A stretch of 64,000 nucleotides of DNA, from the NCBI GenBank assembly GCA_963772715.1, contig CAVYYM010000033.1:220549-284548 (forward strand), read 5' to 3'. A model generated the notes under the pieces. It worked only from the letters and a program-made list of their open reading frames with translations, did not search any database and was not told the origin of the DNA. Below, one piece after another: positions 8,501 to 18,910 of the stretch (within the stretch, counting starts at the first letter, position 1; each line of letters begins with the position of its first letter). Position numbers and translations under genes: made by a program. The DNA comes from an uncultured Bacteroidota bacterium (GTDB lineage Bacteria > Bacteroidota > Bacteroidia > Bacteroidales > VadinHA17).

Positions 8501-10215
8501 TTATCTCCGGTGGACTACCACAAAAGATGCCTTGTCTGTAACTTTTGTCTCTGTATTCCGTATAATAATAGTATATACTCCTCCCGGAAGATCCTGAATG
8601 TTCAGATAAAGCGGTATATCCTCAAAAGTGTGCACTTCATAATTACCCGTATTCATCGTGACATTTATCCCCAGGGTATTGATAATATTTAATTCGACTA
8701 TTCCGATCTGCCGCTCAGGCAGCACAACCTTAATGAACTCATTGGCCGGATTGGGGTAAATAAAAAGTCCGGCAGTAGTCACTGTATCGACCGGATTGAA
8801 CAGGGGAGTCATTTTAACATCAACCCAAGTCACCTGCTCCTGTTCGACGATGACAGTAACCGTCTTGTTCAGATAACCGTCAGCGGTGAATTTAAGAGTC
8901 CATGAACCCGGGGCAATAAGCCTTGTAAAAACACCGGTGATCGTATCGGAATATACATGGGAACTGTCTGCATCATGCCCCTCGATAAATATCTTTGCAG
9001 GAACTGCCTCATCAGTATTAATATCGGTCACAGTTCCATGAATGCCATAAAGGGCATTTTCAAGGTAACCTAAAAGAGAACGCCAATTGTACTCCCATAA
9101 CAAGTTGAGGTTCGCCGAAGGGGTTTGCTTCGTATCGTCGAGTTCGATGGTAACCTCCCTTCCCTGTAACTCCCAGGTGGCATAATCCTGCCTTCCGCCA
9201 AAAATATAATACCAGTCCCAGCCATTGGTTACCCCATTCTCCAGGAAGGTCATATAACCTGCTATTGAGTGAATATGGACGGTATCGGCATATTTCCTGC
9301 TGATATAATAAAACCAGTCCTCATCCGGATGCCGCCTTTCCCACCTGTCCCACGGATAATTCACCACCTCCGCTCCGCCATGAAAATTAGCTGAAAGAAC
9401 AAAATGGTGAGCTCTCATGAACCTGATCATATCGGTTGTCTCTACCTGCTCAGGAAGGTCCCTTCCATTGGGATCGGGAAAATTCCTGTTAAGATTAATA
9501 TTATTAGCGTTATTGCGTACTGGTGAAGATATTGTATTGCCGTTAATATATGTTCCGTCAGGATTAGCGAGCGGATTAATCCATATCTCAAGATTGTCAA
9601 CCAGGTTACTAACTCGCTGATCCGTAGCATAATTCTTCAGAAGATATTCCGCAAACCTCATCATCAGAACAAATCCTCCGGTCTCATCACCATGAATAGT
9701 TGAAGAATAAAATACCTCCGGTTTATCCTGGTCCTGATTTGGATTGTCTGATATCTTAAGAGCCAGAACAGTTTTCCATTTACTGAAAACCCTATTGTAT
9801 CAAGCTTGCATAGTGAAGGGTATAACGAAACAAAAGACCTCATTATAGAGTCATACTGAGTAAACGTCGGATAGCTTGCCCACCCCTTAGCCTCGGCCAT
9901 GGTTGAAGCTGAAACAAGGTTCTTGGGATCAGGTTCGGGAATTATCGAATAATCATAATTTCTGGAAATAAACCACTCAACGTTCAGGGATGAGAGCCCA
10001 ACTTCAGCATATTTGCCCCTGACCGAATTTATCGACACGTTCCTTGAGAGTTCCAGAAAAGAACTCTTGTCAGGAAGGGGAATCGAAACCGCTGCCTGCC
10101 CGTACCGTCCGATCATCATCTTAAGAAGGTTATCCCTGGCTGCATCCTGGGCAGTGGATTTCATTGCCAGGACCTGCAGAAGGATCAATATGATGATAAG
10201 CCGCTTATTCATCAA
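8501..10215 (-). pseudogene. M14 zinc carboxypeptidase with T9SS type A C-terminal sorting domain, interrupted by a 1-nt frameshift
   Basis: ORFs 9664..10215 and 8501..9664 join only through a frame change. The sequence ...GFSVNGK then continues in the -1 frame as TVLALKISDNPNQDQDKPEVFYSSTIHGDETGG. The shift sits in an A4 run (plus-strand T4 at 9772-9775). The total length is 1715 nt, which is not a multiple of 3. The C-terminus YPNPANEFIKV...GVYTIIIRN is a Por-secretion tail. Confidence 0.8.
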
Positions 10216-11309
10216 ACGTTGAAACGTATATTCAGTATATCACCGTCTCCGACGATATAGTTCTTACCTTCAATATAGAATTTGCCGGCCTCCTTGCATG
10301 CATGTTCTGACCCAAGTGAAATAAAATCATTATATTTCATCACCTCTGCCCTGATGAAGCCTCTTTCGAGATCGCTGTGGATCACTCCTGCTGCCTGAGG
10401 AGCAGTCATCCCCTTCTTGATTGTCCATGCTCTTATCTCCTTCGGCCCGACGGTGAAGAATGTCTGAAGATCGAGAAGCTTATATGCCGCCCTTACAAGC
10501 TTGTCAACTCCTGGTTCATCGAGACCTGCGTCCTTTAAGAACGCCAGGCGGTCGTCAATATTTTCCAGGTCAGCTATTTCAGCTTCAATGGCACCTGCAA
10601 TAACCAGGATCTCCGCATTTCTGCCTTTAAGGAACTCCTTCAGCCTCTCGACATGCTTATTTCCGCTGACAGCCGATTTCTCATCGACATTGCAGACATA
10701 CATCACCGGTTTCATCGTAAGGAGGAAGAGGTCGTCAATATATTTTCTCTCATCATCTTTTATTTCAAGAGTCCGGGCATTGTTAAAGCCCTCAAAATGT
10801 TCACGGTAACGGCCGATAACCTCGAGCCCGTGCATGGCGTCCTTGTCGCCTGTCTTTGAAGCTCTCTGAAGACGCTCAATCTTTTTCTCAACAGATTCAA
10901 GGTCCCTGACCTGCAACTCAAGATCTATTGTCTCGAGGTCTCTCACAGGATCCACTGATCCGTCTATGTGAGGAAGGGCTTCGTTGTCGAAGCACCTGAG
11001 AACATGAATAAGAGCATCAGTATTACGGATATCCCCAAGGAATTTATTGCCAACACCCTCGCCTTTGTTTGAACCTTTTGCAAGTCCGGGAATATCGACA
11101 ATTTCGACAGTCGTATGTACGATCTTCTCCGTAACCTGATGTTTCTCAAGCTCATATAATCGCTTATCAGGGACTTTAACCACACCAATATTTGATTTCG
11201 TTGCACTGAATGCAAATGCATTAGTTTCACCTTTCGTGTTTGAAATACAGTTGAATATTGTGGTCTTGCCCACATTGGTTATGCCTATTATACCACATTG
11301 AAGAGCCAT
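10212..11309 (-). CDS. ychF: Redox-regulated ATPase YchF (Obg-family)
   Basis: 365-aa ORF with a GIIGITNVGKTTIFN P-loop and a TGS-like C-terminus (IHSDLERGFIRAEV). Confidence 0.93.
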   Translation of the reverse strand: MALQCGIIGITNVGKTTIFNCISNTKGETNAFAFSATKSNIGVVKVPDKRLYELEKHQVTEKIVHTTVEIVDIPGLAKGSNKGEGVGNKFLGDIRNTDALIHVLRCFDNEALPHIDGSVDPVRDLETIDLELQVRDLESVEKKIERLQRASKTGDKDAMHGLEVIGRYREHFEGFNNARTLEIKDDERKYIDDLFLLTMKPVMYVCNVDEKSAVSGNKHVERLKEFLKGRNAEILVIAGAIEAEIADLENIDDRLAFLKDAGLDEPGVDKLVRAAYKLLDLQTFFTVGPKEIRAWTIKKGMTAPQAAGVIHSDLERGFIRAEVMKYNDFISLGSEHACKEAGKFYIEGKNYIVGDGDILNIRFNV

Positions 11310-11399
11310 CAGATATCTTATTAAATTCAGAAAGCAAATTTACGATTTACTTTAAACCTTTTGCATTATCTTTCATCAAAGGATTAAAGACCTATTTCC

Positions 11400-11945
11400 T
11401 TGGGAATTACAGATCAGGACAGAGATATAGTTCAGCTTCTGAAGACGGATGTCAACAGAGGTTTCAGGGTTCTTGTGGAGAGCTACAGCAACAGGCTCTA
11501 CTGGCATATCCGCCGCCTGGTCATACTTCATGAAGATGCCGATGATGCACTGCAGAATACTTTTATCAATGCCTGGAGGAACATCGGAGAGTTCAGGAAT
11601 GAGAGCGCCCTGTATACCTGGCTTTATGCAATAGCAACCAATGAAGCCCTTGCCCTGATCAACAAGAGAAAGAGAAATGCAGCCGTTTCAATTGATGATA
11701 TTAAAAGCTACCTGTCAAATTCAGCCGAGGGAAGCACATGGTTCGATGGTGATGAAATACAGGTGAAGCTTCAGAATGCCATACTGAAACTGCCTGAGAA
11801 ACAGCGTATTGTTTTCAACCTCAGGTATTACGATGAAATGCCTTACGAGGAGATGAGCAAAGTTCTGAAAACCTCGGAGGGGGCACTAAAAGCATCGTAT
11901 CATCATGCCGTAAAAAAAATTGAACAAATGCTGGGATTGAGTTAA
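11400..11945 (+). CDS. ECF (sigma-70 family group IV) RNA polymerase sigma factor
   Basis: 181-aa ORF with region 2 (DADDALQNTFINAWRNIGEFRNESALYTWLYAIATNEAL) and region 4 (LPEKQRIVFNLRYYDEMPYEEMSKVL). It has a non-ATG start in the ORF track. Confidence 0.85.
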   Translation: MGITDQDRDIVQLLKTDVNRGFRVLVESYSNRLYWHIRRLVILHEDADDALQNTFINAWRNIGEFRNESALYTWLYAIATNEALALINKRKRNAAVSIDDIKSYLSNSAEGSTWFDGDEIQVKLQNAILKLPEKQRIVFNLRYYDEMPYEEMSKVLKTSEGALKASYHHAVKKIEQMLGLS

Positions 11946-11979
11946 ACCTTTTTGAAATTTTATAATCTAATTACAAGCG

Positions 11980-12402
11980 ATGAAAGACTTAAAAGAGATA
12001 ACGGGCGGGAATCCATTCAAGGTGCCTGAAAATTACTTCGAGGAGGTGAACAGGAAGATCATCTCTGCCACAGCCGGAGAGGAGACACAGGCCAGGCCTG
12101 CTGGTATTTACCGCAGAATGAAGCCTTTTCTTGCAATCGCAGCTTCTGTTGCTGTATTGATCCTTCTTAGCTATACGGCCCTGAAGATATTCCTCCCTGC
12201 AGATGAAAAAGGAGTGATGCCTGAAATAAGCCTCCGGGAATTTTCTGAAATCTATCTTGACGATTTGGACATTCTGACACTCGAGGAGAATACTGATCCA
12301 CTGGCATTTTCTGATAAAGTGCCTGATGTAAGCAATTCTGAAATTATTGAATACCTGATACTTGAAAATGTCAACCTTGACGAGATTTATGAAATCCTTT
12401 AA
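11980..12402 (+). CDS. Putative single-pass membrane anti-sigma factor (family unassigned)
   Basis: 140-aa ORF immediately downstream of the ECF sigma gene, with one central TM helix (FLAIAASVAVLILLSYTALKIFL). The call rests on position and topology only. Confidence 0.45.
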   Translation: MKDLKEITGGNPFKVPENYFEEVNRKIISATAGEETQARPAGIYRRMKPFLAIAASVAVLILLSYTALKIFLPADEKGVMPEISLREFSEIYLDDLDILTLEENTDPLAFSDKVPDVSNSEIIEYLILENVNLDEIYEIL

Positions 12403-12412
12403 CTATAGAGTT

Positions 12413-12874
12413 ATGAAAAGAGGAGCATTTGTGATATTGGCACTGACGATATTATCAGTGCAGGCAGTATCTGCCCAAAATCCCAACCGGGAAAGGCTTG
12501 ATGCCTATAAAATTGCCTTTTTCACCCAGAAATTGAATCTTAATCCGTCAGAGGCTGAAAAATTCTGGCCTTTATATAACGATTTCCAGGAGAGGAAGGT
12601 AAAAATACAGCAGGAAAGAGTCCTGCTTAACCGGAAATTCAACCAGGAAACAGCTACACTGAGCGATAAGGAAATGATAACCATGGGGGACAAAATGGTT
12701 GAACTTGAGGTCCTTGAGGCTGAACTTGCCATGAACTTCCATCAGCATATCAAAGCGGTGCTTCCTCCTGTCAAAGTCCTTAGGTTTTACCAGGCCGAAA
12801 ACCAGTACAAGCTACAGCTGCTGAAAGAATTACAGGAAAGACGACAGGACATGCTAGCTCCCGGTCAGAGGTAA
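12413..12874 (+). CDS. Periplasmic Spy/CpxP-like helical protein (third gene of the ECF triad)
   Basis: The ORF spans 12362..12874. The likely start is [22 protein letters not shown] at 12413, which gives a signal peptide. The body is helical and charged ([24 protein letters not shown]). Confidence 0.55.
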   Translation: MKRGAFVILALTILSVQAVSAQNPNRERLDAYKIAFFTQKLNLNPSEAEKFWPLYNDFQERKVKIQQERVLLNRKFNQETATLSDKEMITMGDKMVELEVLEAELAMNFHQHIKAVLPPVKVLRFYQAENQYKLQLLKELQERRQDMLAPGQR

Positions 12875-14227
12875 GACTTTGACAAGCTCTTCAAGCTTTA
12901 TTTTTTTCTGTTCGCCGGTAGACATGGTTTTTAAAGTAACCTCCCCTGCTTTTATCTCCTCATCCCCGGCAATAATGATGTAAGGTATTTTAAGTGAATC
13001 GGCATATGACAATTGCTTCTTCAGCTTCACCGTATCGGGATATAGCTCGGTTTTAATCCCATTCTTCCTGAGCAGATCAAGGATCCTTAAAGCATATTGA
13101 AGTTCCGCATCGCCAAAATTCAGCACAAGGACCTCTGTCAGTGATCCGGACATCTTTGCAAAGAGCCCGAGCTGCGCCATAACATCATATATCCTGTCAG
13201 CGCCGAATGAAACGCCTACACCTGATACTCCGGACAGACCAAATATCCCGGTAAGATCGTCATATCGTCCGCCGCCACAGATGCTGCCAATTGCCACACC
13301 GGATGCCTTAACCTCTATGATGGCACCTGTATAATAGTTAAGACCCCGGGCAAGAGTCAGGTCAAGCTCCACTTTTGGCGCCATGTCCGCCTTTTCAATA
13401 TATGAAAAGAGGGTCTTGAGCTCAGAAACCCCCTTCATTCCTGCTTCCGACTGAGTAAACAGCTCTTCAAGCTTTTGCAGCTTCGTGTTTGTATCGCCCT
13501 TCAGATTGATGATCGGTTGAAGTTTCATGATGGCATCTGTGGAGACGCCCTTGTCCTTAAGTTCCTCATTCACTGCCTGGATGCCAGCTTTTTCAAGCTT
13601 GTCGATCGCTACGGTAATGTCTGTAATCCTCGCGCTTTCTCCAATATAGCCGGCAATACCTGCAAGTATCTTCCGGTTATTTATCTTGATGGCGATATCA
13701 ATTTTCAGCAATCCGAAAATATCATCGATGATCTTTAAAAGCTCATACTCATTGAGCAGCGAATCGCTTCCGATCACATCGACGTCGCATTGGAAAAACT
13801 CGCGGTATCTTCCTTTTTGAGGTCTGTCGGCACGCCATACAGGCTGGATCTGATATCTTTTGAAGGGGAATACTATCTCATCACGATGCTGAACGACGAA
13901 GCGTGCAAAGGGAACTGTAAGATCATAGCGCAACCCTTTTTCACAGATCAGCGATGAAAGCTTCTGAATCTCCATGTTCTTAAGATCGGCCCCATCCACA
14001 TCAGCAAGAAAATCCCCGGAATTGAGTATCCTGAAAATAAGTTTGTCACCTTCCTCTCCATATTTGCCCAGAAGGGTGGAGAGGTTTTCCATAGCAGGTG
14101 TCTCAATTGGCTGATAACCATATAATTTGAAAACCTTTCTGACAGTTTCAAAAATATACTCGCGCTTTCTTATCTCCTCAGGAGAGAAGTCGCGGGTTCC
14201 CTTTGGTATGGAAGGCTTGTTTGCCAT
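12854..14227 (-). CDS. hisS: Histidine--tRNA ligase
   Basis: The ORF spans 12854..14251. The likely start is [14 protein letters not shown] at 14227. It has class II aaRS motifs and a HisRS anticodon-binding C-terminus. Confidence 0.93.
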   Translation of the reverse strand: MANKPSIPKGTRDFSPEEIRKREYIFETVRKVFKLYGYQPIETPAMENLSTLLGKYGEEGDKLIFRILNSGDFLADVDGADLKNMEIQKLSSLICEKGLRYDLTVPFARFVVQHRDEIVFPFKRYQIQPVWRADRPQKGRYREFFQCDVDVIGSDSLLNEYELLKIIDDIFGLLKIDIAIKINNRKILAGIAGYIGESARITDITVAIDKLEKAGIQAVNEELKDKGVSTDAIMKLQPIINLKGDTNTKLQKLEELFTQSEAGMKGVSELKTLFSYIEKADMAPKVELDLTLARGLNYYTGAIIEVKASGVAIGSICGGGRYDDLTGIFGLSGVSGVGVSFGADRIYDVMAQLGLFAKMSGSLTEVLVLNFGDAELQYALRILDLLRKNGIKTELYPDTVKLKKQLSYADSLKIPYIIIAGDEEIKAGEVTLKTMSTGEQKKIKLEELVKVLPLTGS

Positions 14228-14271
14228 TTCTGTAATATAGGTAAATGGCAAAAATAAGAAAGAATTATTAA

Positions 14272-14376
14272 AAGTCTTGCAAGTCTTGCAGGTCTTGCAG
14301 GTCTTGAAGGTCTTGAAGGTCTTGCAGTTTTGCAGGACTTGGCAGGACTTGCAGGACTTGCACGACTGGCAGGACT
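14272..14376. repeat. Tandem-unit hairpin, locus A (9-nt units GTCTTGCAG / TGCAGGACT)
   Basis: The left arm has about 6 tandem copies of (A/G)GTCTTG(C/A)A. A TTTT loop follows, then a right arm of about 5 copies of (T/G)GCA(G/C)GACT. The arms are complementary with one U-G position per unit on the plus-strand RNA. The element starts 3 nt from the ppk2 stop. Confidence 0.85.
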
Positions 14377-14378
14377 AA

Positions 14379-15242
14379 TCAGTATTTCTCAGGAACAAAT
14401 GTCTGATCGGTCATCGGGGGCCTTACATAGGCTACATCATGTTTCAAGGGGGGCAGCTTGAAGGGTTTGGGGGTCAGGTCTTTATACGGGATCAGTGTCA
14501 GGAGGTGGTTGATCGTATTGAGCCTGGCTCTCTTCTTGTCGTCGGCGCGGACAACGTACCATGGTGATTGTTTGGTATCGGTATAGGAAAACATCTTGTC
14601 TTTGGCCATTGAATATTCCACCCATTTATCGCGCGATTCAACATCCATAGGGCTTATCTTCCATCGCTTTGTCGGATCCTGGATCCTGTCCTGAAACCTC
14701 TTTTCCTGCTCATGGTCGCTCACTGAGAACCAGTATTTGATAAGGATAATTCCTGATCTGATCAGCATTTTTTCGAATTCGGGACAAGATCTGAGGAACT
14801 CCTCATATTCTTCGTTTGTACAATAACCCATTACCTTTTCCACCCCAGCCCTGTTGTACCAGCTCCTGTCGAAAAGGACTATCTCCCCGCCGGCAGGGAG
14901 CTGTGTCACATAACGCTGAAAATACCATTGCGATTTTTCCTTTTCGGTGGGAGTACCAAGAGCGACTATCCTGCAGATCCTTGGATTAAACAGCCTGCAA
15001 TTGTTTTATAACCCCTCCTTTGCCAGCTGCGTCCCTTCCTTCAAAGATCACAACAACTTTGAGCTTATTTGCCTTTACCCACTCCTGAAGCTTCACAAGC
15101 TCTATCTCCATTTTCAGAAGGCTTTTTTCAAAATCACAGAACCAAGCTTTTCCTTCTGTTCCTGTTTTACATCATGATAAAGATCTTCCTTATCAAATTT
15201 CCTGACAGCAGCTTTCTTTTTCTTCTTATCGTGTGATCCCAT
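14379..15242 (-). pseudogene. ppk2: Polyphosphate kinase 2 (PPK2) with two opposite frameshifts
   Basis: ORF 14379..14909 encodes only the C-terminal two thirds (LPAGGEIVLFDRSWYNRAGVE...). Upstream, the Walker A segment EIELVKLQEWVKANKLKVVVIFEGRDAAGKGGVIKQL lies in a second frame, and MGSHDKKKKKAAVRKFDKEDLY... lies in the original frame. ATG at 15242 to the stop is 864 nt, so the net shift is zero. Confidence 0.8.
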
Positions 15243-15271
15243 GGCAAAAAGATTAGAATAAAGAAGAAAGA

Positions 15272-15305
15272 TAATAAAAAATCCTGAAAATCAAGATTTT
15301 CAGGA
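15272..15305 (-). terminator. Intrinsic terminator
   Basis: On the minus strand, a 10-bp perfect stem TCCTGAAAAT/ATTTTCAGGA with a CTTG loop is followed by TTTTTTATTA. Confidence 0.6.
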
Positions 15306-15307
15306 AT

Positions 15308-15400
15308 TAAAGTTTAAAGTGCCTAAAGTTTGGAGTACTAAAGTTAAAAGGATTAATTATGATTATAACTAACTCTAAGTACTTTAGGCACTCCAAACTA
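15308..15400. repeat. Tandem-unit hairpin, locus H (units around CTAAAGT / ACTTTAG)
   Basis: AGTGCCTAAAGT (15318-15329) pairs perfectly with ACTTTAGGCACT (15381-15392). Flanking units (AGTTTAA.., TTGGAGT, ACTAAAGTT versus AACTCTAAGT, CCAAACT) extend an imperfect long stem. Confidence 0.6.
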
Positions 15401-15482
15401 TTGTATAAAGGGTATTGCCAGCGGATATTTGAATTTCTCTCCTTTTGGAGCTTTTATGCTTGCAATGATTATACATATGATT

Positions 15483-15740
15483 TTAAGTGTTACCAGGAAC
15501 ATCAATAATCGGGATGCCAACAATGATGAACAGAAGAGGAATAGTAAGCACGATATAAAGCAGGATCGAAAGCTGAAAGTTCATTGAAGCTTTGCCGTTG
15601 TCATCGACCCATGCAGATTCGTCTTTTCGGGAGAACCAGCAGATCAGAGGACCTATTATACCTCCGAAGGGAAAAAAGAACATGCAAAGCCTGAAAGATG
15701 ACAGAGCATAGCCCAGTTCCTTTCCGATTCTGATAATACT
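15483..15740 (-). pseudogene. DUF4870-like small membrane protein, frameshifted
   Basis: ORF 15483..15683 starts mid-domain (FFFPFGGIIGPLICWFSRKDESAWVDDNGKASMNFQLS). The expected upstream motif NWAMLCHLSGFA lies in another frame. The junction is at an A6/T6 run near 15673-15680. The 5' limit is approximate. Confidence 0.6.
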
Positions 15741-15806
15741 TTAATCTCTTCCTTTGCCTTAAGCTGTTGTTTATTAAAAAGACGGAATTATTTTGATCAA
15801 TGATGC

Positions 15807-16130
15807 ATTATTCAAATCTTGAAAGCCGTTTCAGGTCAGAAGGCAGAAGTCCGTTCGGATTGGATTTATCGATAGTAGTGAAGATTATAATAATACATAT
15901 TGGCATCATCGGTGCCTATAAACATTTTAAAGCAATATCCTTCATCCTTTTCTCTCCCCACAGGCCCAACCTTATGCAGAAAAACAGTGTCGGAGCTTTT
16001 GCTCTATTGCTTCCACAATTTCCTCTTCGGCACAATCTCCATCATTATATGAATATATAGCTTTTATCCTTGCAATAGTGCCGATATCAGGAGTAAGGTC
16101 CTCCTGCTTTAACAAGATTGTCTTATTCAT
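15807..16130 (-). pseudogene. Small conserved-looking hypothetical protein, two frame changes
   Basis: Manual translation gives MNKTILLKQEDLTPDIGTIARIKAIYSYNDGDCAEEEIVEAIEQK.., then DTVFLHKVGPVGREKDEGYCFKMFIGTDDANMYYYNLH.. in a second frame, then TIDKSNPNGLLPSDLKRLSRFE* back in the first. The ATG overlaps the upstream stop (TAATG). Confidence 0.45.
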
Positions 16131-16667
16131 TATTCAGGGATATTCTCATTATAGTATTTCAGATATTTCCTTCCGGTTTTTGAAGGGTCCTCTCCATTAT
16201 CAGGTTGCATGCTTCTGCATAAATTCAAGTATGGCTCCAAGCTTATAGCCATATTCAAGATCATCTTCGCCTGCATATGAAAGAGGTACGGCACAAATTT
16301 CCGGCATTCTCACACAGCTTATCAACATTCTTTCCCTGAAGAAGGTTTATGAAATTAAAAACCGAATTTGTCTTATCATTTTCAAAATTGGTCTCCGTAA
16401 GGACAATGAAATGAATAATGCCGGTTTCAGCCGCCTGACATTGAATTCCTTGGCATCAATGAATTCATACGGAGTCATCTTCCAGTATTGCTTCATGGCA
16501 TCCTTAATATATGCATTAAATGCGGAAAAAGGGTCATCTTCAAGAACAACACATGTTTTTGATCCACTGAACTGCTTTATTTCATCCTTGTTTGGGAAGG
16601 GTGCCTGCCCTGCAAACCGATACAGGAAGGAGGACGGAACCGTGATAGAAAATAATATTTTCATCAT
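16130..16667 (-). pseudogene. Hypothetical protein, at least two frame changes
   Basis: ORF 16347..16667 (MKILFSITVPSSFLYRF...EFNVRRLKPA) continues plausibly only in other frames (IVLTETNFENDKTNSVFNFINLLQGKNVDKL; PLSYAGEDDLEYGYKLGAILEFMQKHA; ...YLKYYNENIPE*). Confidence 0.45.
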
Positions 16668-16669
16668 TA

Positions 16670-17415
16670 TTATTGATTTACAGGTATATACAGTGGATTT
16701 TTTTCATTGAACTTCCGAATATAAACGAACATCAGATCTTTCCGGTCTTTCCTGGGAAGCCTGACATATTCCTCATAAAGCTCACTGTCTTTCATCAGCA
16801 GCAATTCGTGTTTTTCTGGTCGAATTCAAGGATTTTGCCGTTTTCAAAATCTATAAGATATTGTTTAATCTCATTCCTCGACATATTGTTACGTCCGTAG
16901 GGTGAATAATATGATCCATAGGGGAATAGTAATTGCCATAACCGTAAGGGTGAATAATAGTATGGATCATAATAGTCCTCCATATGGAGAATAATAACGG
17001 CTGTCATAAGTCGTTACATCAGCAACAAAATGACATATGCTTCCCACAAAGGTAATCCTGTTGAAATTTTTCTGAACCTGAATATAAATAACCCCATTCC
17101 TTGCATATCCCCGATATTGCTCACTTCTAATTTCCTGCCTTATCCCATACCGTCATAGTAATAGATCTTTTCAGATTCCAAAAGCTTCTTGAAGAATTCC
17201 TTGTCGTTATAGTCTGTGGATGTAAGAAGCTGTGCTTTCGGTATCGGGCTGTTCTGCTTCACCTGGTCGAAATTAACATAGATGCCATCCTTAAACCTGA
17301 AATCAGGAGTATACTTAACCATTCCTTCCTGGCCCTGCCCGTTCAACGTGAACAACAGATAGCAACTGAAGCATACAGTGGCAGTAAGAATAAATATCCT
17401 GAAAAATTTCCTCAT
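16670..17415 (-). pseudogene. Secreted hypothetical protein with Tyr-rich (YYSPYG) region, at least three frame changes
   Basis: ORF 17140..17415 carries a signal peptide. Continuations lie in other frames (IRSEQYRGYARNGVIYIQVQKNFNRITFVGSICHFVA) and in ORF 16795..17007. The C-terminus LLLMKDSELYEEYVRLPRKDRKDLMFVYIRKFNEKNPLYIPVNQ* is reached after a shift at an A5 run near 16800. Confidence 0.45.
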
Positions 17416-17518
17416 AACAATAGCGATTTACCTTTCCCGTTCAAATATCATACCGTTTGGGCAAAATTAACCATTTCCTTGAAAGGGTGTTAAATACGCG
17501 CTAATGATATATTTATTA

Positions 17519-17526
17519 TATATTTG
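17519..17526 (+). promoter_or_regulatory. Candidate -7 box (TATATTTG) upstream of the sensor kinase remnant
   Basis: Plus-strand match to TAnnTTTG in the AT-rich spacer. This is a motif match only. Confidence 0.25.
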
Positions 17527-17689
17527 CTTAATTTTACAAAATTCAAAAAAAACAGTATGGCCAAGGAAGCCGAGACAAGATAATAGTACAGATAATCAAA
17601 ACAGTACTGGCGAATCATATGAAAAGCACCGAAAGAAGATTCAAGATCTGTTCATACTTTGAGTCATTACAGGATAATCATTGCTCTAC

Positions 17690-18910
17690 TTATGCTTAAT
17701 GTTAATACTATAATCTTATTGCAGGAGTTATAATCATCATTGTCTGCATCCTGCATGGACGTACCTGATCAGGAAAGCCATCAGGACTTGATAAAGCGTA
17801 CAGGATTCATTAATGATGTATCATCCTCAATGAACAGAAAGATAATGTGATAACTGACTTTTCGCATAAGATCAGGGAACCTCTGAATAATCTCGTGATC
17901 ATTACCGATATGCTTATGGAGTCAGGCCTTCAGAAAAAGCAAAAGGAACTTCTGGAAACTTTTGTTGCCTCAACAAACAACATGGTTACATACTGTTAAT
18001 GAATTAACAATGCAATCGGCCGGTAATCTGAGCTATGAGACCAAGAAAACATATTAGGTTCAATCTTTTATCAACAATCCAGAACACAATAGAGCTTTAC
18101 AACCTTAAGGATAAGGCCAATATCGATTTTATTCTTAACAAAAAGGAATTCGGTGATTTTGAATGTTTTGGAGATCCAATAATTCTTAAACAGATATTCC
18201 TCGACATTTTCAACATAATTGAAACACAGAATACTCGGAAAGAACGACCAAAGTTACAATTAACCTGAAAAGGGAGAAAGAGACCGGAAACGAAAATCTT
18301 ATAGGATTCAGAATCCAGACTGACAAGAACATGGTACTGATAGATGAAAATGACTCTGAGCACAGTCTTGCTGCAAGACTTATTATCAACAGAAGGGCAC
18401 TTACAGCCAGGAATCAGGAACAGAATTACACCGTTCTGAATATAACTCTTCCGTTTGCAAAAGTGTCCATGAGACAAAACAAATATTGCCTCCCAGAAAA
18501 TTGAAGAGCTGATTCAGAAGGAAAAGGTTCATAAGGAGCTGAAAGACATTAAGATACTTCTGGTTGAAGATAACCTGATAAACCAGAAAATAACACTTCT
18601 CACCCTTAAACCGCTTGTAAGCAGTATTGATACTGCATCCAACGGAAAAGAGGCTCTCGATAAATTCGGCACTGCCAACTACGACCTGATACTGATGGAT
18701 ATCCAGATGCCTGTAATGAGCGGACTTATTGCAGCAGAAAAGATCAGAGCACTTGAGTCAAGTACCAATACCCATGTTCCGATAATTGCAATAACTGCAA
18801 ATGCAATGATCGGCGATAAGGAAAAATGCATCTCTGCAGGAATAGATGATTATATCAGCAAGCCATTCCAGCCATCAGCCCTGATTGAAAAGATCAAGAA
18901 ATTCATTTAG
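17690..18910 (+). pseudogene. Hybrid sensor histidine kinase / response-regulator receiver, fragmented by at least four frame changes
   Basis: The H-box FSHKIREPLNNL sits at about 17859. A degenerate HATPase region follows (ORF 18035..18268, then ...YTVLNITLPFAKV). An open REC-domain frame runs 18473..18910 ([16 protein letters not shown]...[14 protein letters not shown]...ITANAM...DDYISKPF) with no upstream ATG. The 5' limit is approximate. Confidence 0.7.

Noticed and set aside
14272-14376. The tandem short repeats (this and the other eight loci) as CRISPR arrays
   Set aside because: The units are only 7-10 nt (about 20 nt at locus G) and are directly abutting, with no spacers. The two halves are mutually complementary, and no cas genes are nearby.
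15800-16060. 86-aa plus-strand ORF
   Set aside because: The minus strand here translates into a more protein-like sequence that is coupled (TAATG) to the upstream minus-strand gene, although it is frameshifted. I treat the plus-strand ORF as a shadow.
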